This document shows, piece by piece, positions 1-11,358 of a stretch of DNA of 64,000 nucleotides. Each line of letters starts with the position of its first letter. Position 1 is the stretch's first letter. This DNA is from an uncultured Bacteroidota bacterium (GTDB lineage Bacteria; Bacteroidota; Bacteroidia; Bacteroidales; DTGW01): positions 3,500,424 through 3,564,423 of the forward strand of contig OY969556.1 in NCBI GenBank assembly GCA_963701015.1, read 5' to 3'. A model generated the notes under the pieces. The model saw nothing but the letters and a program-made list of their open reading frames with translations. It ran no database searches and was not told where the DNA came from. The translations under genes and the position numbers were made by a program.

Positions 1-841
1 AAATTCTTATAAAGACAACCCTTCGGAACAAATTTTTGATGATTTTGAAGAAATGATTTTTCCGAATCATCCATTAGGCAGAAATATTCTTGGAACACCA
101 AAATCGTTAAAAAAATTCAACCGCGATTCAATTTTAAAATTCAGGCAAAACAATTATTTCACTGATGAAATTGTATTTTGTTTTGTTGGAAATATTGAAA
201 ATAGTCAATTAATAAAATTATTTGAAAAATATTTCGCCAATGTTGTGGGAAAACCAAGAATAGGCTCAACTATGGAAAGTCCAAGTTATACAAAAAATTT
301 TAAGGAAGAATCAAAAAGAACATTTCAAACTCATTGCGTGATAGGTTCACTGGCTTATAATTTTGCGAGTGAAAAACGTCTGACATTGCACTTACTGAGC
401 AATATTTTAGGAGGTCCGGGGTTAAATTCATTGCTAAGCTTATCACTACGCGACAGGCATGGTTGCTCATATACTACTGAATCGAGCTATACGCCATATT
501 CCGATTGCGGAATTTTTGAAGTATATTTCGGAACTGACAAGGAACATCTCGAGAAATGTCTCAAATTAGTTTATAAAGAGTTTGACGTTTTAAAATCACA
601 AAAATTAGGAATCATTAAATTCTCAAAAGCAAAAAAACAACTTATCGGACAAATGGCAATTGCCTCAGATCATAACGAAAACCTGATGATGAGCATCGGT
701 AAAAGTTATCTGGTATTTGACAAAGTAGAGAGTCTGGAAGAAATTAACCGTCAAATTGAAGCCATAACTGAAAGACAATTTTTGGATGTTGCCAATGAAA
801 TACTCGATTCCAATACGCTTTCAACATTAATATTTAAATAG
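1..841 (+). CDS. M16 (pitrilysin/insulinase) family peptidase, C-terminal portion; gene starts upstream of the window
   Basis: Frame 2 is open from base 2 to the stop at 839-841, so the listed ORF 53..841 is only the first in-frame Met. The translation resembles the non-catalytic C-terminal half of M16 peptidases. Confidence 0.6.
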   Translation, partial: NSYKDNPSEQIFDDFEEMIFPNHPLGRNILGTPKSLKKFNRDSILKFRQNNYFTDEIVFCFVGNIENSQLIKLFEKYFANVVGKPRIGSTMESPSYTKNFKEESKRTFQTHCVIGSLAYNFASEKRLTLHLLSNILGGPGLNSLLSLSLRDRHGCSYTTESSYTPYSDCGIFEVYFGTDKEHLEKCLKLVYKEFDVLKSQKLGIIKFSKAKKQLIGQMAIASDHNENLMMSIGKSYLVFDKVESLEEINRQIEAITERQFLDVANEILDSNTLSTLIFK

Positions 842-851
842 AAATCAAAAT

Positions 852-1493
852 ATGTCTGGATTAACAGAAATATTTAAATATGCTGAAGAACACAGTACAC
901 CCGAACTTCCAATTTTAAATAAAATTTATCGTGAAACAAATATACGTTATCTCAATCCAAGAATGGTTTCCGGTCATATTCAGGGTGCAATGCTTTCGAT
1001 GTTTAGTAAGATGGTTCAACCGACATATATTCTAGAAATTGGAACTTTTACAGGTTATTCAGCAATATGTTTGGCACAAGGCTTGCGAACCGGCGGAAAG
1101 GTTCATACTATTGAAATAAAAGACGAAATAGCTGAAGTTGCTAATCAATATTTTAATGAAGCAGGGTTAGCTGAAAAAATAATGCTTCATATCGGAAATG
1201 CAATAGAATTAGTACCTGCAATAAATTTAACATTTGATATCATTTACATTGACGGTGAAAAACGTGAATATATTGAATACTATAACAGTTGTATTAATTT
1301 TTTGAAAATCGGCGGTTATTTAATAGCCGATAATGTTTTGTGGAACGGTAAAGTTTTAAATATATCATCAAATAATGAAGCAACTACAAAGGCAGTCATG
1401 GAATTTAATGATTTAATAAATAATAATCCAAATCTTGAGAACTTGCTTTTACCAATTCGTGACGGTTTAATGATAGCCAGAAAACTTAACTAG
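852..1493 (+). CDS. class I SAM-dependent O-methyltransferase (caffeoyl-CoA OMT-like)
   Basis: 213-aa ORF with SAM-binding block ILEIGTFTGYS. The later IYIDGEK and ADNVLWNGKV blocks are typical of O-methyltransferase family 3. Confidence 0.8.
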   Translation: MSGLTEIFKYAEEHSTPELPILNKIYRETNIRYLNPRMVSGHIQGAMLSMFSKMVQPTYILEIGTFTGYSAICLAQGLRTGGKVHTIEIKDEIAEVANQYFNEAGLAEKIMLHIGNAIELVPAINLTFDIIYIDGEKREYIEYYNSCINFLKIGGYLIADNVLWNGKVLNISSNNEATTKAVMEFNDLINNNPNLENLLLPIRDGLMIARKLN

Positions 1494-1502
1494 TTATTCT
1501 GC

Positions 1503-2495
1503 CTACTTATCACCATAAATGTCGGCTTCGGTAAATATTCCGTCGGCAATAAGTGTACTTTTAATATTATTTTTATCTACCAAAACTGTTCCTATTAATT
1601 TAGATGGAACGTCAATTACTCCATTCCACATTTTATCATTCAAATCATTAATCTTATTCCTCTTTGAACAATTCATTGCCATTTCGGCAGCAGTGTATGC
1701 AAGTTGTTTAAATGATTTATATACAGTAACTGTTTGTTTGCCTTTAATAATATTTTTACACGCACCTAATTCAGCATCCATACCGGTAATAATAATATTT
1801 TTATTTATATTATTTTTTGCCAGGGCATTTAATATTCCGCCTGTTAATTTATCGCTCGATGAAATAATTACATCAGGAAGCACATCACTTAGCCTGAGAA
1901 AGTAATTCATCTCAATCATGGCATTATCAGCTCCCCATTCTTCAATAGAAACATTATATAAAAATTTTACTTTACCATCTTTTACAGGACCATCTAAAGC
2001 TTTCATCTGGCCTTTTGAAATTTGTACAGCATTAAAATCAGTCCGGTCACCTCCAATTACAACATAATTTCCTGTTGGTTGCAGCTTTAAAGCATATTCA
2101 GTCATATTATAACCAATATCCTGATATTTAAAAGATATATAATAGTCGGGTTTGGAATTCATTATTAATCTATCATATGCAATAATAATTGCATTATAAT
2201 CGTGAGCCTGTCGAACAATTTCGGCAGCGAGGTCAGCATTAACCGCATCAATTACTAAAATTTTGATCCCTTTTTGTAGGAAATCTAACGCTTGTTTATT
2301 TTGAATTTTTGCATCATTTTGGGCTTCTACAACTAAAGCTGTTCCTCCTAATTGACTTATTCGATCAGTAAAATATTGTTTTTCTTTTACATAGCGCTCG
2401 TTTTTTATATGCGGAAGCAAAAAAGCAACCTGCACTTTATTCTCAGAGCATGAACATGCTAAAATGACCAGTAAAAACCAAATCAAATTTTTCAT
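1503..2495 (-). CDS. periplasmic sugar-binding protein-like lipoprotein (type I PBP fold, xylose/ribose-binding-like)
   Basis: 330 aa with lipoprotein-type signal (LLVILACSCS). The body resembles D-xylose/ribose-binding proteins. No ABC permease or ATPase gene is adjacent. Confidence 0.6.
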   Translation of the reverse strand: MKNLIWFLLVILACSCSENKVQVAFLLPHIKNERYVKEKQYFTDRISQLGGTALVVEAQNDAKIQNKQALDFLQKGIKILVIDAVNADLAAEIVRQAHDYNAIIIAYDRLIMNSKPDYYISFKYQDIGYNMTEYALKLQPTGNYVVIGGDRTDFNAVQISKGQMKALDGPVKDGKVKFLYNVSIEEWGADNAMIEMNYFLRLSDVLPDVIISSSDKLTGGILNALAKNNINKNIIITGMDAELGACKNIIKGKQTVTVYKSFKQLAYTAAEMAMNCSKRNKINDLNDKMWNGVIDVPSKLIGTVLVDKNNIKSTLIADGIFTEADIYGDK

Positions 2496-2527
2496 AAGTC
2501 CAATATTAGATTATGTATTAAAGCCTG

Positions 2528-3136
2528 TTAACTCTTTTTGCTTCGTCGATTAATCTCATCACGAATCACTGAAGCTTTTTCATAATCTTCAGTTTTAATA
2601 GCCTCTTCCAAACTTGTTCTAAGTTCGTCAACCGAAAGTGATTTTAATTCTTCGTACTTATTTTTCTTAAGTTCATCTTGCGGTTTAATAATATTCGATT
2701 TTTGTGAAATCTTCGACTCCTTTTCAAATTCCAAAACAATGCCTGATCGTTCTAAAATATCTTCGGTTGTATAAATTGGGCATTTAAAACGCAATGCAAG
2801 TGCAATTGCATCAGATGTCCTTGAATCTATATTAATAGTGTTTTTCCCATCATAACAGGTAAGCCTGGAATAAAAAATTCCTTCTTCGAGTTTATAAATA
2901 TTTACTTCAAGTAAATCAATTTTAAAAGCAACTGCAAAATTGTAGAATAAATCGTGAGTAAGCGGACGTGGCGGATTTAAACCTTCTAATTGAATAGCAA
3001 TTGCCTGTGCCTCAAAACCTCCAACAATAATTGGAATTCTTCTATCCCCCATATCCTCAGTTAATACAAGTGCATATGCACCCGATTGTGTTTGGCTATA
3101 AGAAATTCCCAAAACATTAAGCTTCACCTTACTCAT
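2528..3136 (-). CDS. bifunctional nuclease family protein (DUF151) with C-terminal UVR motif
   Basis: 202 aa. RPLTHDLF block is typical of the BFN/DUF151 domain. C-terminal DELRTSLEEAIKTEDYEKASVIRDEINRR resembles the UvrB/UvrC UVR motif. Confidence 0.7.
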   Translation of the reverse strand: MSKVKLNVLGISYSQTQSGAYALVLTEDMGDRRIPIIVGGFEAQAIAIQLEGLNPPRPLTHDLFYNFAVAFKIDLLEVNIYKLEEGIFYSRLTCYDGKNTINIDSRTSDAIALALRFKCPIYTTEDILERSGIVLEFEKESKISQKSNIIKPQDELKKNKYEELKSLSVDELRTSLEEAIKTEDYEKASVIRDEINRRSKKS

Positions 3137-3228
3137 TTCATTTAAGGATAATCTCCGTATTCATACAAAGATAATTATTTAGGATTATTTTTAATTTGAA
3201 AATTACTGTTTTATAAACATACCTAATG

Positions 3229-4296
3229 TCATTCATCTTTTTCATTATCCAAATGCACTGCGGAAGCCATTGGTTTCAATTTATTCGACGACAATTCATT
3301 GTAATTAAAACGGTTCTTATATACATCACAAGCCATATAAATGGCGTTTCGGAATGAAGTAAAAGATGCTTCTCCTTTGCCTGCAATATCATAACCGGTG
3401 CCATGGGCAGGAGAAGTTCTTACAATTGGCAATCCGGCAGTAAAATTTACACCTTCGCCATTGGTCAGCGCCTTGAATGGTATTAATCCCTGATCGTGAT
3501 ACATTGCCAAAATAGCATCAAACTTTGTATAACTACCTGATCCATAAAATCCATCAGCAGAATATGGCCCTAAAGCCATTATGTTTTGTTCACGTGCAAT
3601 TTTAATTGCAGGAATAATAATATCGTTTTCTTCATTACCAATCAATCCGTTGTCTCCTGCATGTGGGTTTAAACCTAAAACAGCAATTCTGGGATTAGTA
3701 ACATTAAAATCTTCAATGAGCGATTGTTGCATTAATTTTAATTTGCTCAATATCCGTTCCTGAGTCACAAATACTGAAACCTTGCTCAGTTGAACATGCT
3801 CACAAACCAAACCGACCCGCATAATTTCACTAACCATAAACATTAATACGTCATTTGCATTTAGTTTACTTTGCAAATAGTCAGTATGTCCTTTGAAATT
3901 GAATTTTTCCGACTGAATATTAGCCTTATTGATTGGAGCTGTAACCAGTGCATCAATTTTACCTGCTTTTAAATCACCTGTAGCTGTTTCTAATGCAACA
4001 AAAGCAGCTTCCCCGGCCATTTGAGTTGATTTGCCTAATTCAACTTTTATATTCTCATCAACACAATTTATTAAGTTAGCTCTTTTGGTATTTATTTCAT
4101 CAAAATTTCTGACAGAATTAAGGTTAACATTATTTAAATTCAATGTTTTTTTGTGATACCCTGCTACCTTGGCCGAACCATATACAATTGGTGTACAAAG
4201 TTCCAAAATACGCGGATCGGATAATGTATTCAATATAATTTCGTAGCTTATTCCGTTTATGTCGCCATGCGTGATTCCTAATTTTATTTTTTTCAT
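3229..4296 (-). CDS. pdxA: 4-hydroxythreonine-4-phosphate dehydrogenase
   Basis: 355 aa. Conserved PdxA blocks GLNPHAGDNG and TSPAHGTGYDIAGKG. Confidence 0.85.
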   Translation of the reverse strand: MKKIKLGITHGDINGISYEIILNTLSDPRILELCTPIVYGSAKVAGYHKKTLNLNNVNLNSVRNFDEINTKRANLINCVDENIKVELGKSTQMAGEAAFVALETATGDLKAGKIDALVTAPINKANIQSEKFNFKGHTDYLQSKLNANDVLMFMVSEIMRVGLVCEHVQLSKVSVFVTQERILSKLKLMQQSLIEDFNVTNPRIAVLGLNPHAGDNGLIGNEENDIIIPAIKIAREQNIMALGPYSADGFYGSGSYTKFDAILAMYHDQGLIPFKALTNGEGVNFTAGLPIVRTSPAHGTGYDIAGKGEASFTSFRNAIYMACDVYKNRFNYNELSSNKLKPMASAVHLDNEKDE

Positions 4297-4354
4297 TTGT
4301 AATTATCTAAATGGCTAATTTGTTTTATTTAATTTTTAAGAAGTTGATTAGTTT

Positions 4355-5803
4355 TTATTTTGAGTTTTCAGCAATATTTTCAAAGAAATTATAAAGCAGG
4401 CGCATACTGTAACCGTTTCCTCCTTTACCTCTGTAGCTGTCGCATTTTTTATTAAATGCCACTCCGGCAATATCAAAATGGACCCAAGGATATTTTGTAA
4501 AATATTCAAGAAATTTTCCGGCTGTTATAGCACCGGCACTTTTTCCACCAACATTTTTTATCTCAGCAATATCTGATTTAATAAGTTCTGCATATTCTTC
4601 CCATAAAGGAAATTCTACGATTCTTTCGAAAACTTTTTCACCGCTTAATGCAAGTTGCTTTTTAATTTCATCCGAAGCTGTACCCATTGCAACCAACGCA
4701 AAAGAACCAATTGCTGCAGCAGCAGAACCTGTTAAGGTTGCAACATCTATTACCAATTGAGGATCATAGCGTTTGGCATATACCAGGGCATCGGCTAGTA
4801 TCATTCGGCCTTCTGCATCGCTATTCAACATTTCAACATTTGTTCCATCCATAATGGTAACTATATCACCAGGTGCGTATGCATTCCCTGATGGCCTGTT
4901 ATCGGTTGAAGGCACCAAAGCAATAACGTGTAAAGGAATTTTATTTGCTGCAATTGCAGTTATTGTCCCGCCAACTATTGCAGCACCCGACATATCACAT
5001 TTCATGTAATCCATGCTGTCGGAAGTAGGTTTTAAGCTTAAACCTCCGGTATCATAAACTACTCCTTTACCAACCAGAATATATGGTTTTGAATTTTTTG
5101 CATTTTGTGGCTTCCATTCAATTATTGTAAACGTTGGAGGATCAACCGATCCTTTATTTACAGCTATTAAACCGCCCATTTTAAGTGCTTCAATTTTACT
5201 TTTATTGAATATTTCAACATTGCAACCTGCTTCATTAGCCATATTATAAAGTTCGCTTGCTAATTGTTCAGCGTTTAATGAACTTACAGGCTCGTTTACT
5301 AAATCACGAACTTTAAATAATGATTTCCAAATATTTGTGTATGCTTCTATTTTTGAAGGTTCTAATGGTTTACAAATAAGTCCAATTTCTTTAACAGATG
5401 AAATTTTTTCTTCGGGTTTTGCAAAATACTTCACAAACTTATAGGAACTTAATACCAAACCTTCAGTAAAAGCCATAAGTAAATCTTCATTATTCGAAGC
5501 ATGATAGGTTGAAATTTTTTCTAAATTCAAATCACATAAAGCTGTATTTACTTTGTTTCCAGCTTTTCTGGCATCTTCCAATTGAATAAATAGGCTTTTT
5601 TGTGGATCGGAAATAATTATAAAAACCAAACGGTTATATTGATTTATAGTAATAAAATTGTCGTTTTTACGAATTCTTTGTTGAATAAAATTGAATTCAT
5701 TTTCAGTTAAAAACGATGCATCAAAAGCTGAATCCTTGGTAGCTAAAATAGCCACACTCGACTGGATATCAATACTATCTGTTTTATAAATTTTAATATT
5801 CAT
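4355..5803 (-). CDS. pepA: leucyl aminopeptidase (M17)
   Basis: 482 aa. VGKGVVYDTGGLSLKP block and the M17 signature variant NSDAEGRMILADAL. Confidence 0.85.
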   Translation of the reverse strand: MNIKIYKTDSIDIQSSVAILATKDSAFDASFLTENEFNFIQQRIRKNDNFITINQYNRLVFIIISDPQKSLFIQLEDARKAGNKVNTALCDLNLEKISTYHASNNEDLLMAFTEGLVLSSYKFVKYFAKPEEKISSVKEIGLICKPLEPSKIEAYTNIWKSLFKVRDLVNEPVSSLNAEQLASELYNMANEAGCNVEIFNKSKIEALKMGGLIAVNKGSVDPPTFTIIEWKPQNAKNSKPYILVGKGVVYDTGGLSLKPTSDSMDYMKCDMSGAAIVGGTITAIAANKIPLHVIALVPSTDNRPSGNAYAPGDIVTIMDGTNVEMLNSDAEGRMILADALVYAKRYDPQLVIDVATLTGSAAAAIGSFALVAMGTASDEIKKQLALSGEKVFERIVEFPLWEEYAELIKSDIAEIKNVGGKSAGAITAGKFLEYFTKYPWVHFDIAGVAFNKKCDSYRGKGGNGYSMRLLYNFFENIAENSK

Positions 5804-6075
5804 AATTATAAATTACATATTAAGAAATCTTTCAAAGTTAATAAAACCTTCCTCATCTAATAAGTTAGATGATTATTAACCCACTATTCCTAATTTTTAA
5901 AGATGTGAAAATAATAAATAATTGCAACCTTTTAATAAATTTAGGATACGGTTAATGAACTATTTACAAGGTTTAACAATTTAAAATTGATAATGGCATA
6001 AATTTCATAAATTTAAAATCATTTCTCAAATTATTAAATATTAAAAATTTGGCTAAATTTGCGTTCCCATTTTAG

Positions 6076-6157
6076 GCGGATGTGTCGTAATTGGTAGCCG
6101 AGCCAGACTTAGGATCTGGTGCCGTAAGGCGTGTGGGTTCGAGTCCCTTCATCCGCA
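6076..6157 (+). tRNA. tRNA-Leu (anticodon TAG)
   Basis: Hand-folded cloverleaf. Acceptor GCGGATG/CATCCGC, anticodon stem CCAGA/TCTGG with loop CTTAGGA (anticodon TAG), long variable arm, T-loop TTCGAGT (one T-stem mismatch). No encoded CCA. Confidence 0.85.
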
Positions 6158-6196
6158 CTTATTATTTATTAATATTTATTCCAAAATTAAATTTAA

Positions 6197-7555
6197 ATGA
6201 ACATCAGCAAACAAAACATCGACGAATTGAATGCTACGCTAACAATGAAAGTTAGCAAAGAAGATTATCAGGAACGTGTTGACAAAGTACTGGGCGATTA
6301 TCGAAAAAAAGCAAATTTACCTGGATTTAGGCCCGGAAAAGTTCCCGCTTCTTTAATCAGTAAAATGTACGGTAAAGCTGTTTTGGCTGATGAAATTAAC
6401 AAACTTGTTGGTGAAAAATTAAATGAATATATTAAAGCCGAAGATATTCATGTACTTGGTGACCCAATGCCAAACGAAAATCAAAATAAACAAATTGATT
6501 TTGAAAATGATACTGAATTTGAATTTGTGTTTGATATAGGATTATCGCCTGAATTAGATGTTAATCTTTCGAAAAAAGATAAAATCACTGCTTATGAAAT
6601 TAAGCTCGAAAACAGCATGATTGATAACTACGTTAACAATTATACACGTAGATATGGTAAATTTATTGAATGTGATGAAGTTGAAGAAAATGAAATGTTG
6701 AAAGGCGATTTTGCCGAAGTTGATGATGCCGGTAATATTGTTGAAAATGGCATTGCATCGCAAGATATTTCTGTTTATCTCGAAATTGCAAAAGATGAAA
6801 ATGAAAAGAAAGCATTTAAAGGTGCAAAAATTGGAGATATAGTTAAATTCGACGTAAAAAAGGCATTCCCCAACGATACTGAAATTGCCAACCTGCTTAA
6901 AGTCGATAAAGATAAAGTTGCCGATGCCCCTTCGAAATATCAATTTACAATTAAATCAATTTCTAAATTTCAAAGCGCTGATTTAAATACCGAACTATTC
7001 GACAAAATTTATGGCGAAGGAAAAGTAAATTCCGAAGAAGAATTCAAAAATAAAATTACGGATGAACTTAAAGAAAATCTGAAAAAAGATACCAATTATA
7101 AGTTCCAACTCGATTCAAGGAAATTTCTATTAAAGAAGAATAATGTTAAATTACCTGAAGAATTCCTAAAAAGGTGGTTGACATTTATGAATGAGGGTAA
7201 AATCACCCCGGAACAAATTGAAAAAGAATTCCCGGTATTTGTTGAAGATATGAAATGGCAGTTAATTAAAAATAAAATTGCCAAATTATCAAACATTGAA
7301 GTTAAAGAGGATGAAGTGGTTGAATATGCAAAAGAAGTTACCCGCATGCAATTTCGCCAATATGGACTATCAAACATCCCTGATGAACATATAGACAGTT
7401 ATGCTGTTAATTTATTGAAAAAAGAAGATGAAGTTCGTCGATTGGTTGACAAACTATTAGAAGACAAAGTTGTTAATTATGTTAAGGAAACTGTTACTCC
7501 TGACGTTAAAGAAATTAGCAACGAAGAATTTAGTAAGCTTTTTTCAGAAAACTAA
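6197..7555 (+). CDS. tig: trigger factor
   Basis: 452 aa. N-terminal GFRPGKVP ribosome-binding motif. Sits immediately upstream of clpP-clpX, the canonical tig-clpP-clpX arrangement. Confidence 0.85.
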   Translation: MNISKQNIDELNATLTMKVSKEDYQERVDKVLGDYRKKANLPGFRPGKVPASLISKMYGKAVLADEINKLVGEKLNEYIKAEDIHVLGDPMPNENQNKQIDFENDTEFEFVFDIGLSPELDVNLSKKDKITAYEIKLENSMIDNYVNNYTRRYGKFIECDEVEENEMLKGDFAEVDDAGNIVENGIASQDISVYLEIAKDENEKKAFKGAKIGDIVKFDVKKAFPNDTEIANLLKVDKDKVADAPSKYQFTIKSISKFQSADLNTELFDKIYGEGKVNSEEEFKNKITDELKENLKKDTNYKFQLDSRKFLLKKNNVKLPEEFLKRWLTFMNEGKITPEQIEKEFPVFVEDMKWQLIKNKIAKLSNIEVKEDEVVEYAKEVTRMQFRQYGLSNIPDEHIDSYAVNLLKKEDEVRRLVDKLLEDKVVNYVKETVTPDVKEISNEEFSKLFSEN

Positions 7556-7599
7556 AATATTGCGTACTTTTATTATCAATAAAATTCAAAAAGAAAGTT

Positions 7600-8301
7600 A
7601 TGGATATAAAAACCGAATTTGACAAATTTGCACGTGGCAAGCAAGGTATTAGCAGCCTTACAATGCACCGTTTTGAATCGATATACAACAATTATATATC
7701 GCCTACCATTATTGAAGAACGCCAGTTAAATATTGCCACTATGGACGTATTTTCACGATTAATGATGGATAGGATTATTTTCTTAGGCTTACCAATTGAC
7801 GATTATGTTGCCAATATTATTGAAGCACAGTTATTATTCCTCGATTCAGCCGATACTTCGAAAGATATACAAATATATTTCAATACTCCCGGAGGTTCTG
7901 TTCATGCTGGATTGGGAATATATGACACCATGCAATTTGTGATTAGTGATGTTGCTACAATTTGTACAGGTATGGCAGCATCAATGGGAGCAGTGCTTAT
8001 GACTGCCGGGACAAAAGGTAAACGTTCTGCCCTGCGACATTCCCGGATTATGATCCACCAACCTATGGGCGGAGCTCAGGGTCAGGCTTCAGATATTGAA
8101 ATTACCGCAAGGGAAATACAGAAAATGAAAAAGGAATTATATGAAATAATTGCTGAACATTCTGGTAATCCTTACAAAAAAATTGAAAAAGATTCAGATC
8201 GTGATTATTGGATGACAGCAATTGAAGCCAAAGAATACGGAATGATAGATGAAGTTTTAGATCGAAGGAAACCAGTAATAAAGAAGGATGAAGGATTCTG
8301 A
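7600..8301 (+). CDS. clpP: ATP-dependent Clp protease proteolytic subunit
   Basis: 233 aa. Catalytic Ser block GMAASMGA and His block IMIHQPMGG. Confidence 0.9.
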   Translation: MDIKTEFDKFARGKQGISSLTMHRFESIYNNYISPTIIEERQLNIATMDVFSRLMMDRIIFLGLPIDDYVANIIEAQLLFLDSADTSKDIQIYFNTPGGSVHAGLGIYDTMQFVISDVATICTGMAASMGAVLMTAGTKGKRSALRHSRIMIHQPMGGAQGQASDIEITAREIQKMKKELYEIIAEHSGNPYKKIEKDSDRDYWMTAIEAKEYGMIDEVLDRRKPVIKKDEGF

Positions 8302-9526
8302 TAATAATTGTTCATTTTGTGGCCGGAATAAAAAGGAAGTTAATTTATTAATCAGCGGCCAAAATGCCCAAATATGTGACATGTGTGTGGCGCAAGCCAA
8401 TGATATAATTAATGAAGAATCAAAAGTTCATAAAAATGTCACGTTTGATTTTTCTAAAATTAAATTATTAAAGCCTTTTGAAATAAAGAAATTTCTTGAC
8501 CAATATGTTATTGGCCAGGATGAAGCAAAGAAATTTTTATCGGTTGCTGTTTATAATCATTATAAACGTTTACTTCATGTTAGCCGAAAAGGTGAATCGG
8601 AAGTTGATATTGAAAAATCAAATATACTTCTAGTTGGAGAAACTGGTACTGGCAAAACTCTTTTAGCACGTACAATCGCCAAGATGTTGCATGTGCCTTT
8701 TACCATTGTTGATGCTACAGTATTAACCGAAGCAGGGTATGTTGGTGAGGATGTTGAAAGCATTCTTACAAGGCTTTTACAAGCGGCTGATTATAATGTG
8801 GAATCGGCACAACGTGGAATAGTATTTATTGACGAAATAGATAAAATTTCACGTAAAAGCGATAATCCTTCTATAACACGCGATGTATCAGGCGAAGGAG
8901 TACAACAAGGAATGTTGAAACTGCTCGAAGGAAGCATTGTAAATGTACCACCACAAGGTGGTAGAAAACATCCAGAACAAAAAATGATTGCCGTTGATAC
9001 GACTAATATACTTTTCATTTGCGGTGGCGCATTCGAAGGAATTGAACGCAAAATAGCACTTCGATTGAACACTACTGTTGTAGGTTATGGCGCTAGTAAG
9101 AAAAAGGATAAAATTGATAAAAATAATTTGTTGCAATATATTTCTCCGGTTGATTTGCGTGCATACGGTTTAATTCCTGAAATTGTTGGACGCCTACCAA
9201 TCCTCACCTATCTTAATCCTTTGGATAAAGAAACTTTGCGAAGAATTATGACCGAACCCAAAGATTCCATTATTAAACAATATTCCAAACTTTTAGAACT
9301 TGATAAAATCAAACTTACTTTTGATGATGATGTTTTGGATTATATTGTTGAAAAAGCAATGGAATTTAAGCTTGGTGCCAGAGGATTACGTTCGATTTGT
9401 GAAGCTATTATGATTGATGCCATGTACGAACTTCCCTCACAAGATGTGCATGAACTCATAATTTCATTGGATTATGCACGTGAACAAATGGAAAAGGCCA
9501 ATATGAGCCGATTGAAAGCTGCTTAA
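8288..9526 (+). CDS. clpX: ATP-dependent Clp protease ATP-binding subunit ClpX
   Basis: 412 aa. N-terminal zinc ribbon CSFCGR...CDMC, Walker A GETGTGKT, Walker B VFIDEIDK. Overlaps the clpP stop by 14 nt. Confidence 0.95.
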   Translation: MKDSDNNCSFCGRNKKEVNLLISGQNAQICDMCVAQANDIINEESKVHKNVTFDFSKIKLLKPFEIKKFLDQYVIGQDEAKKFLSVAVYNHYKRLLHVSRKGESEVDIEKSNILLVGETGTGKTLLARTIAKMLHVPFTIVDATVLTEAGYVGEDVESILTRLLQAADYNVESAQRGIVFIDEIDKISRKSDNPSITRDVSGEGVQQGMLKLLEGSIVNVPPQGGRKHPEQKMIAVDTTNILFICGGAFEGIERKIALRLNTTVVGYGASKKKDKIDKNNLLQYISPVDLRAYGLIPEIVGRLPILTYLNPLDKETLRRIMTEPKDSIIKQYSKLLELDKIKLTFDDDVLDYIVEKAMEFKLGARGLRSICEAIMIDAMYELPSQDVHELIISLDYAREQMEKANMSRLKAA

Positions 9527-9596
9527 GATTTCGATTAAATATTGTTGGTAAATATTGTTTTTTAGTACCTTTGACCTATTATTTTAAACATAAAAT

Positions 9597-9794
9597 ATGA
9601 ACTCACTAATTATTTTAGATTTTTTCAGCGGAGGCCATATAATTGTAATTGTACTGGTGCTAGTACTTTTATTTGGCGGGAAAAAAATACCTGAACTCAT
9701 GCGAGGCTTAGGTGAAGGGATTCATGAATTTAAAAAGGCCAGCAATAAAGGGACTGAAGCTGAAAAACCTGAAGAAAAATTGGATAAAAAATAA
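9597..9794 (+). CDS. tatA: twin-arginine translocase TatA/TatE family subunit
   Basis: 65 aa. Single TM helix followed by [22 protein letters not shown], the TatA amphipathic-helix signature. Confidence 0.75.
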   Translation: MNSLIILDFFSGGHIIVIVLVLVLLFGGKKIPELMRGLGEGIHEFKKASNKGTEAEKPEEKLDKK

Positions 9795-9907
9795 TCTACT
9801 GATTTTTTTAGAGTCAAAAGTGCAAATTTAATTTTTGGAATTTTATAAATTTATAATAAATGCCTTTCTGCAATACAGACAGGCATTTAAATTTTATACC
9901 CTAGGTA

Positions 9908-11329
9908 ATGCGAATTCACTTTATCTTATTCATATACTTTTCATTTATTATTTGCGGGCAACTATTTTCACAAAAATATGATACTACTAAAATTCAAAAA
10001 ATAGACAAGTCAGTTCAGGATTTTTCAACTAAAAATTCCCAGACTGCATCTGATATAAACCATCCAAACGATAAAATAAAAACATTCCCGGATATATATT
10101 ATGAATATAAAATTGCTGAACTAAGCAAAACATCTCCAATTAAGCTCGATTATAATAAAGATGTACAAAAATATATTGATTTATATCTTGAAAAACGACC
10201 AGAAAAAGTATCAGAGTTTTTAGGGCTTGAAGATTTATATTTCCCGATTTTTGAAGAATATCTCGACAAATACAACCTCCCATTGGAGCTTAAATACTTG
10301 CCAATTGTTGAGTCAGGCCTCAACCCAATAGTGCAATCATCATCAGGAGCAATGGGCTTATGGCAATTGCTTTTAAATGCATCAAAATTATTGGGCCTTC
10401 AAGTTACTTCATATCGTGATGAACGCTGTGACCCTTATTTATCAACAGATGCAGCATGTCGGTACCTGAAATATTTATATGAAACTTTTAATGATTGGCA
10501 ACTCGCATTAGCTGCCTACAACGGAGGACCGGGCGAAGTTCGAAATGCAATTATCCGGTCGGGAGGGAAAACTGATTTCTGGCAGTTACAGCCCTATTTA
10601 TCAGACCAGACGAAAGGCTATGTTCCACTCTTTATTGCAATTGTTTACCTTGCAAATCATCCTCAGGAACATGGAATATACCCTAAACAACCTATTATTT
10701 CCTATAATTTTATTGATACAGTTCAAATTAATGGTTCTCTTGAATTTTCAAAACTTTCTGAAGAAATTAATGTACCAGTAGAGACTATTAAATTTTTAAA
10801 TCCTTGTTATCGAAGAGATGTTATACCTGAAGCCGGGAAACCTCAATCACTTGTATTGCCTTCAGATAAAATTTTAACATTTCTGAAACTCGAAAATCAA
10901 ATTTTTTCACGTACTAATGATACGGCCACTTATATAGATATTCTTGCTTCATCTGGCGATACGAGTGGTTTACAAAAATCAGTTTATATTGTTGCAAAAG
11001 GAGATTTTTTGCATAAAATAGCTTTGCAATATGGATGCACAATTGAAAGTCTAAGGGCATGGAATAAATTGAAAACCGATAACCTGAATGCTGGTCAGCT
11101 ACTCAATATTTGGACAAAAGCTAAAGAAGACAATTCCAATCCACAAGGCAATAATTCACATAAACAACCAAAGTATTTCTACTATATTGTTAAAAAGGGC
11201 GATACTATGTGGAGCATTTCAGAACGATTTAAATGCGATTCTGTAAATACAATAAAAGCCGCCAATAATATATCAAACGATCGTGATTTAAAACCAGGAC
11301 AAAAGCTTAAAATTATTGTTTCAAATTAG
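9908..11329 (+). CDS. lytic transglycosylase (SLT domain) with two C-terminal LysM domains (MltD-like)
   Basis: 473 aa with signal peptide. Catalytic block VESGLNP...GAMGLWQL and AAYNGGPG. Two LysM repeats (YIVAKGDFLHKIA..., YIVKKGDTMWSIS...). Confidence 0.8.
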   Translation: MRIHFILFIYFSFIICGQLFSQKYDTTKIQKIDKSVQDFSTKNSQTASDINHPNDKIKTFPDIYYEYKIAELSKTSPIKLDYNKDVQKYIDLYLEKRPEKVSEFLGLEDLYFPIFEEYLDKYNLPLELKYLPIVESGLNPIVQSSSGAMGLWQLLLNASKLLGLQVTSYRDERCDPYLSTDAACRYLKYLYETFNDWQLALAAYNGGPGEVRNAIIRSGGKTDFWQLQPYLSDQTKGYVPLFIAIVYLANHPQEHGIYPKQPIISYNFIDTVQINGSLEFSKLSEEINVPVETIKFLNPCYRRDVIPEAGKPQSLVLPSDKILTFLKLENQIFSRTNDTATYIDILASSGDTSGLQKSVYIVAKGDFLHKIALQYGCTIESLRAWNKLKTDNLNAGQLLNIWTKAKEDNSNPQGNNSHKQPKYFYYIVKKGDTMWSISERFKCDSVNTIKAANNISNDRDLKPGQKLKIIVSN

Positions 11330-11358
11330 TATATAAATGACAATAATTTAATCGGTTT

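Noticed and set aside
1519-1905. 128-aa ORF antisense to the sugar-binding lipoprotein gene. The same class includes 3581-3763, 4773-5009, 6554-6943, 7096-7377, 8575-9136, 13101-13310, 15275-15505, 15748-16036, 31842-32749 and others.
   Set aside because: These are shadow ORFs lying entirely inside well-supported genes on the opposite strand. They have low-complexity, hydrophobic or Ser/Ile-rich translations and no motifs.
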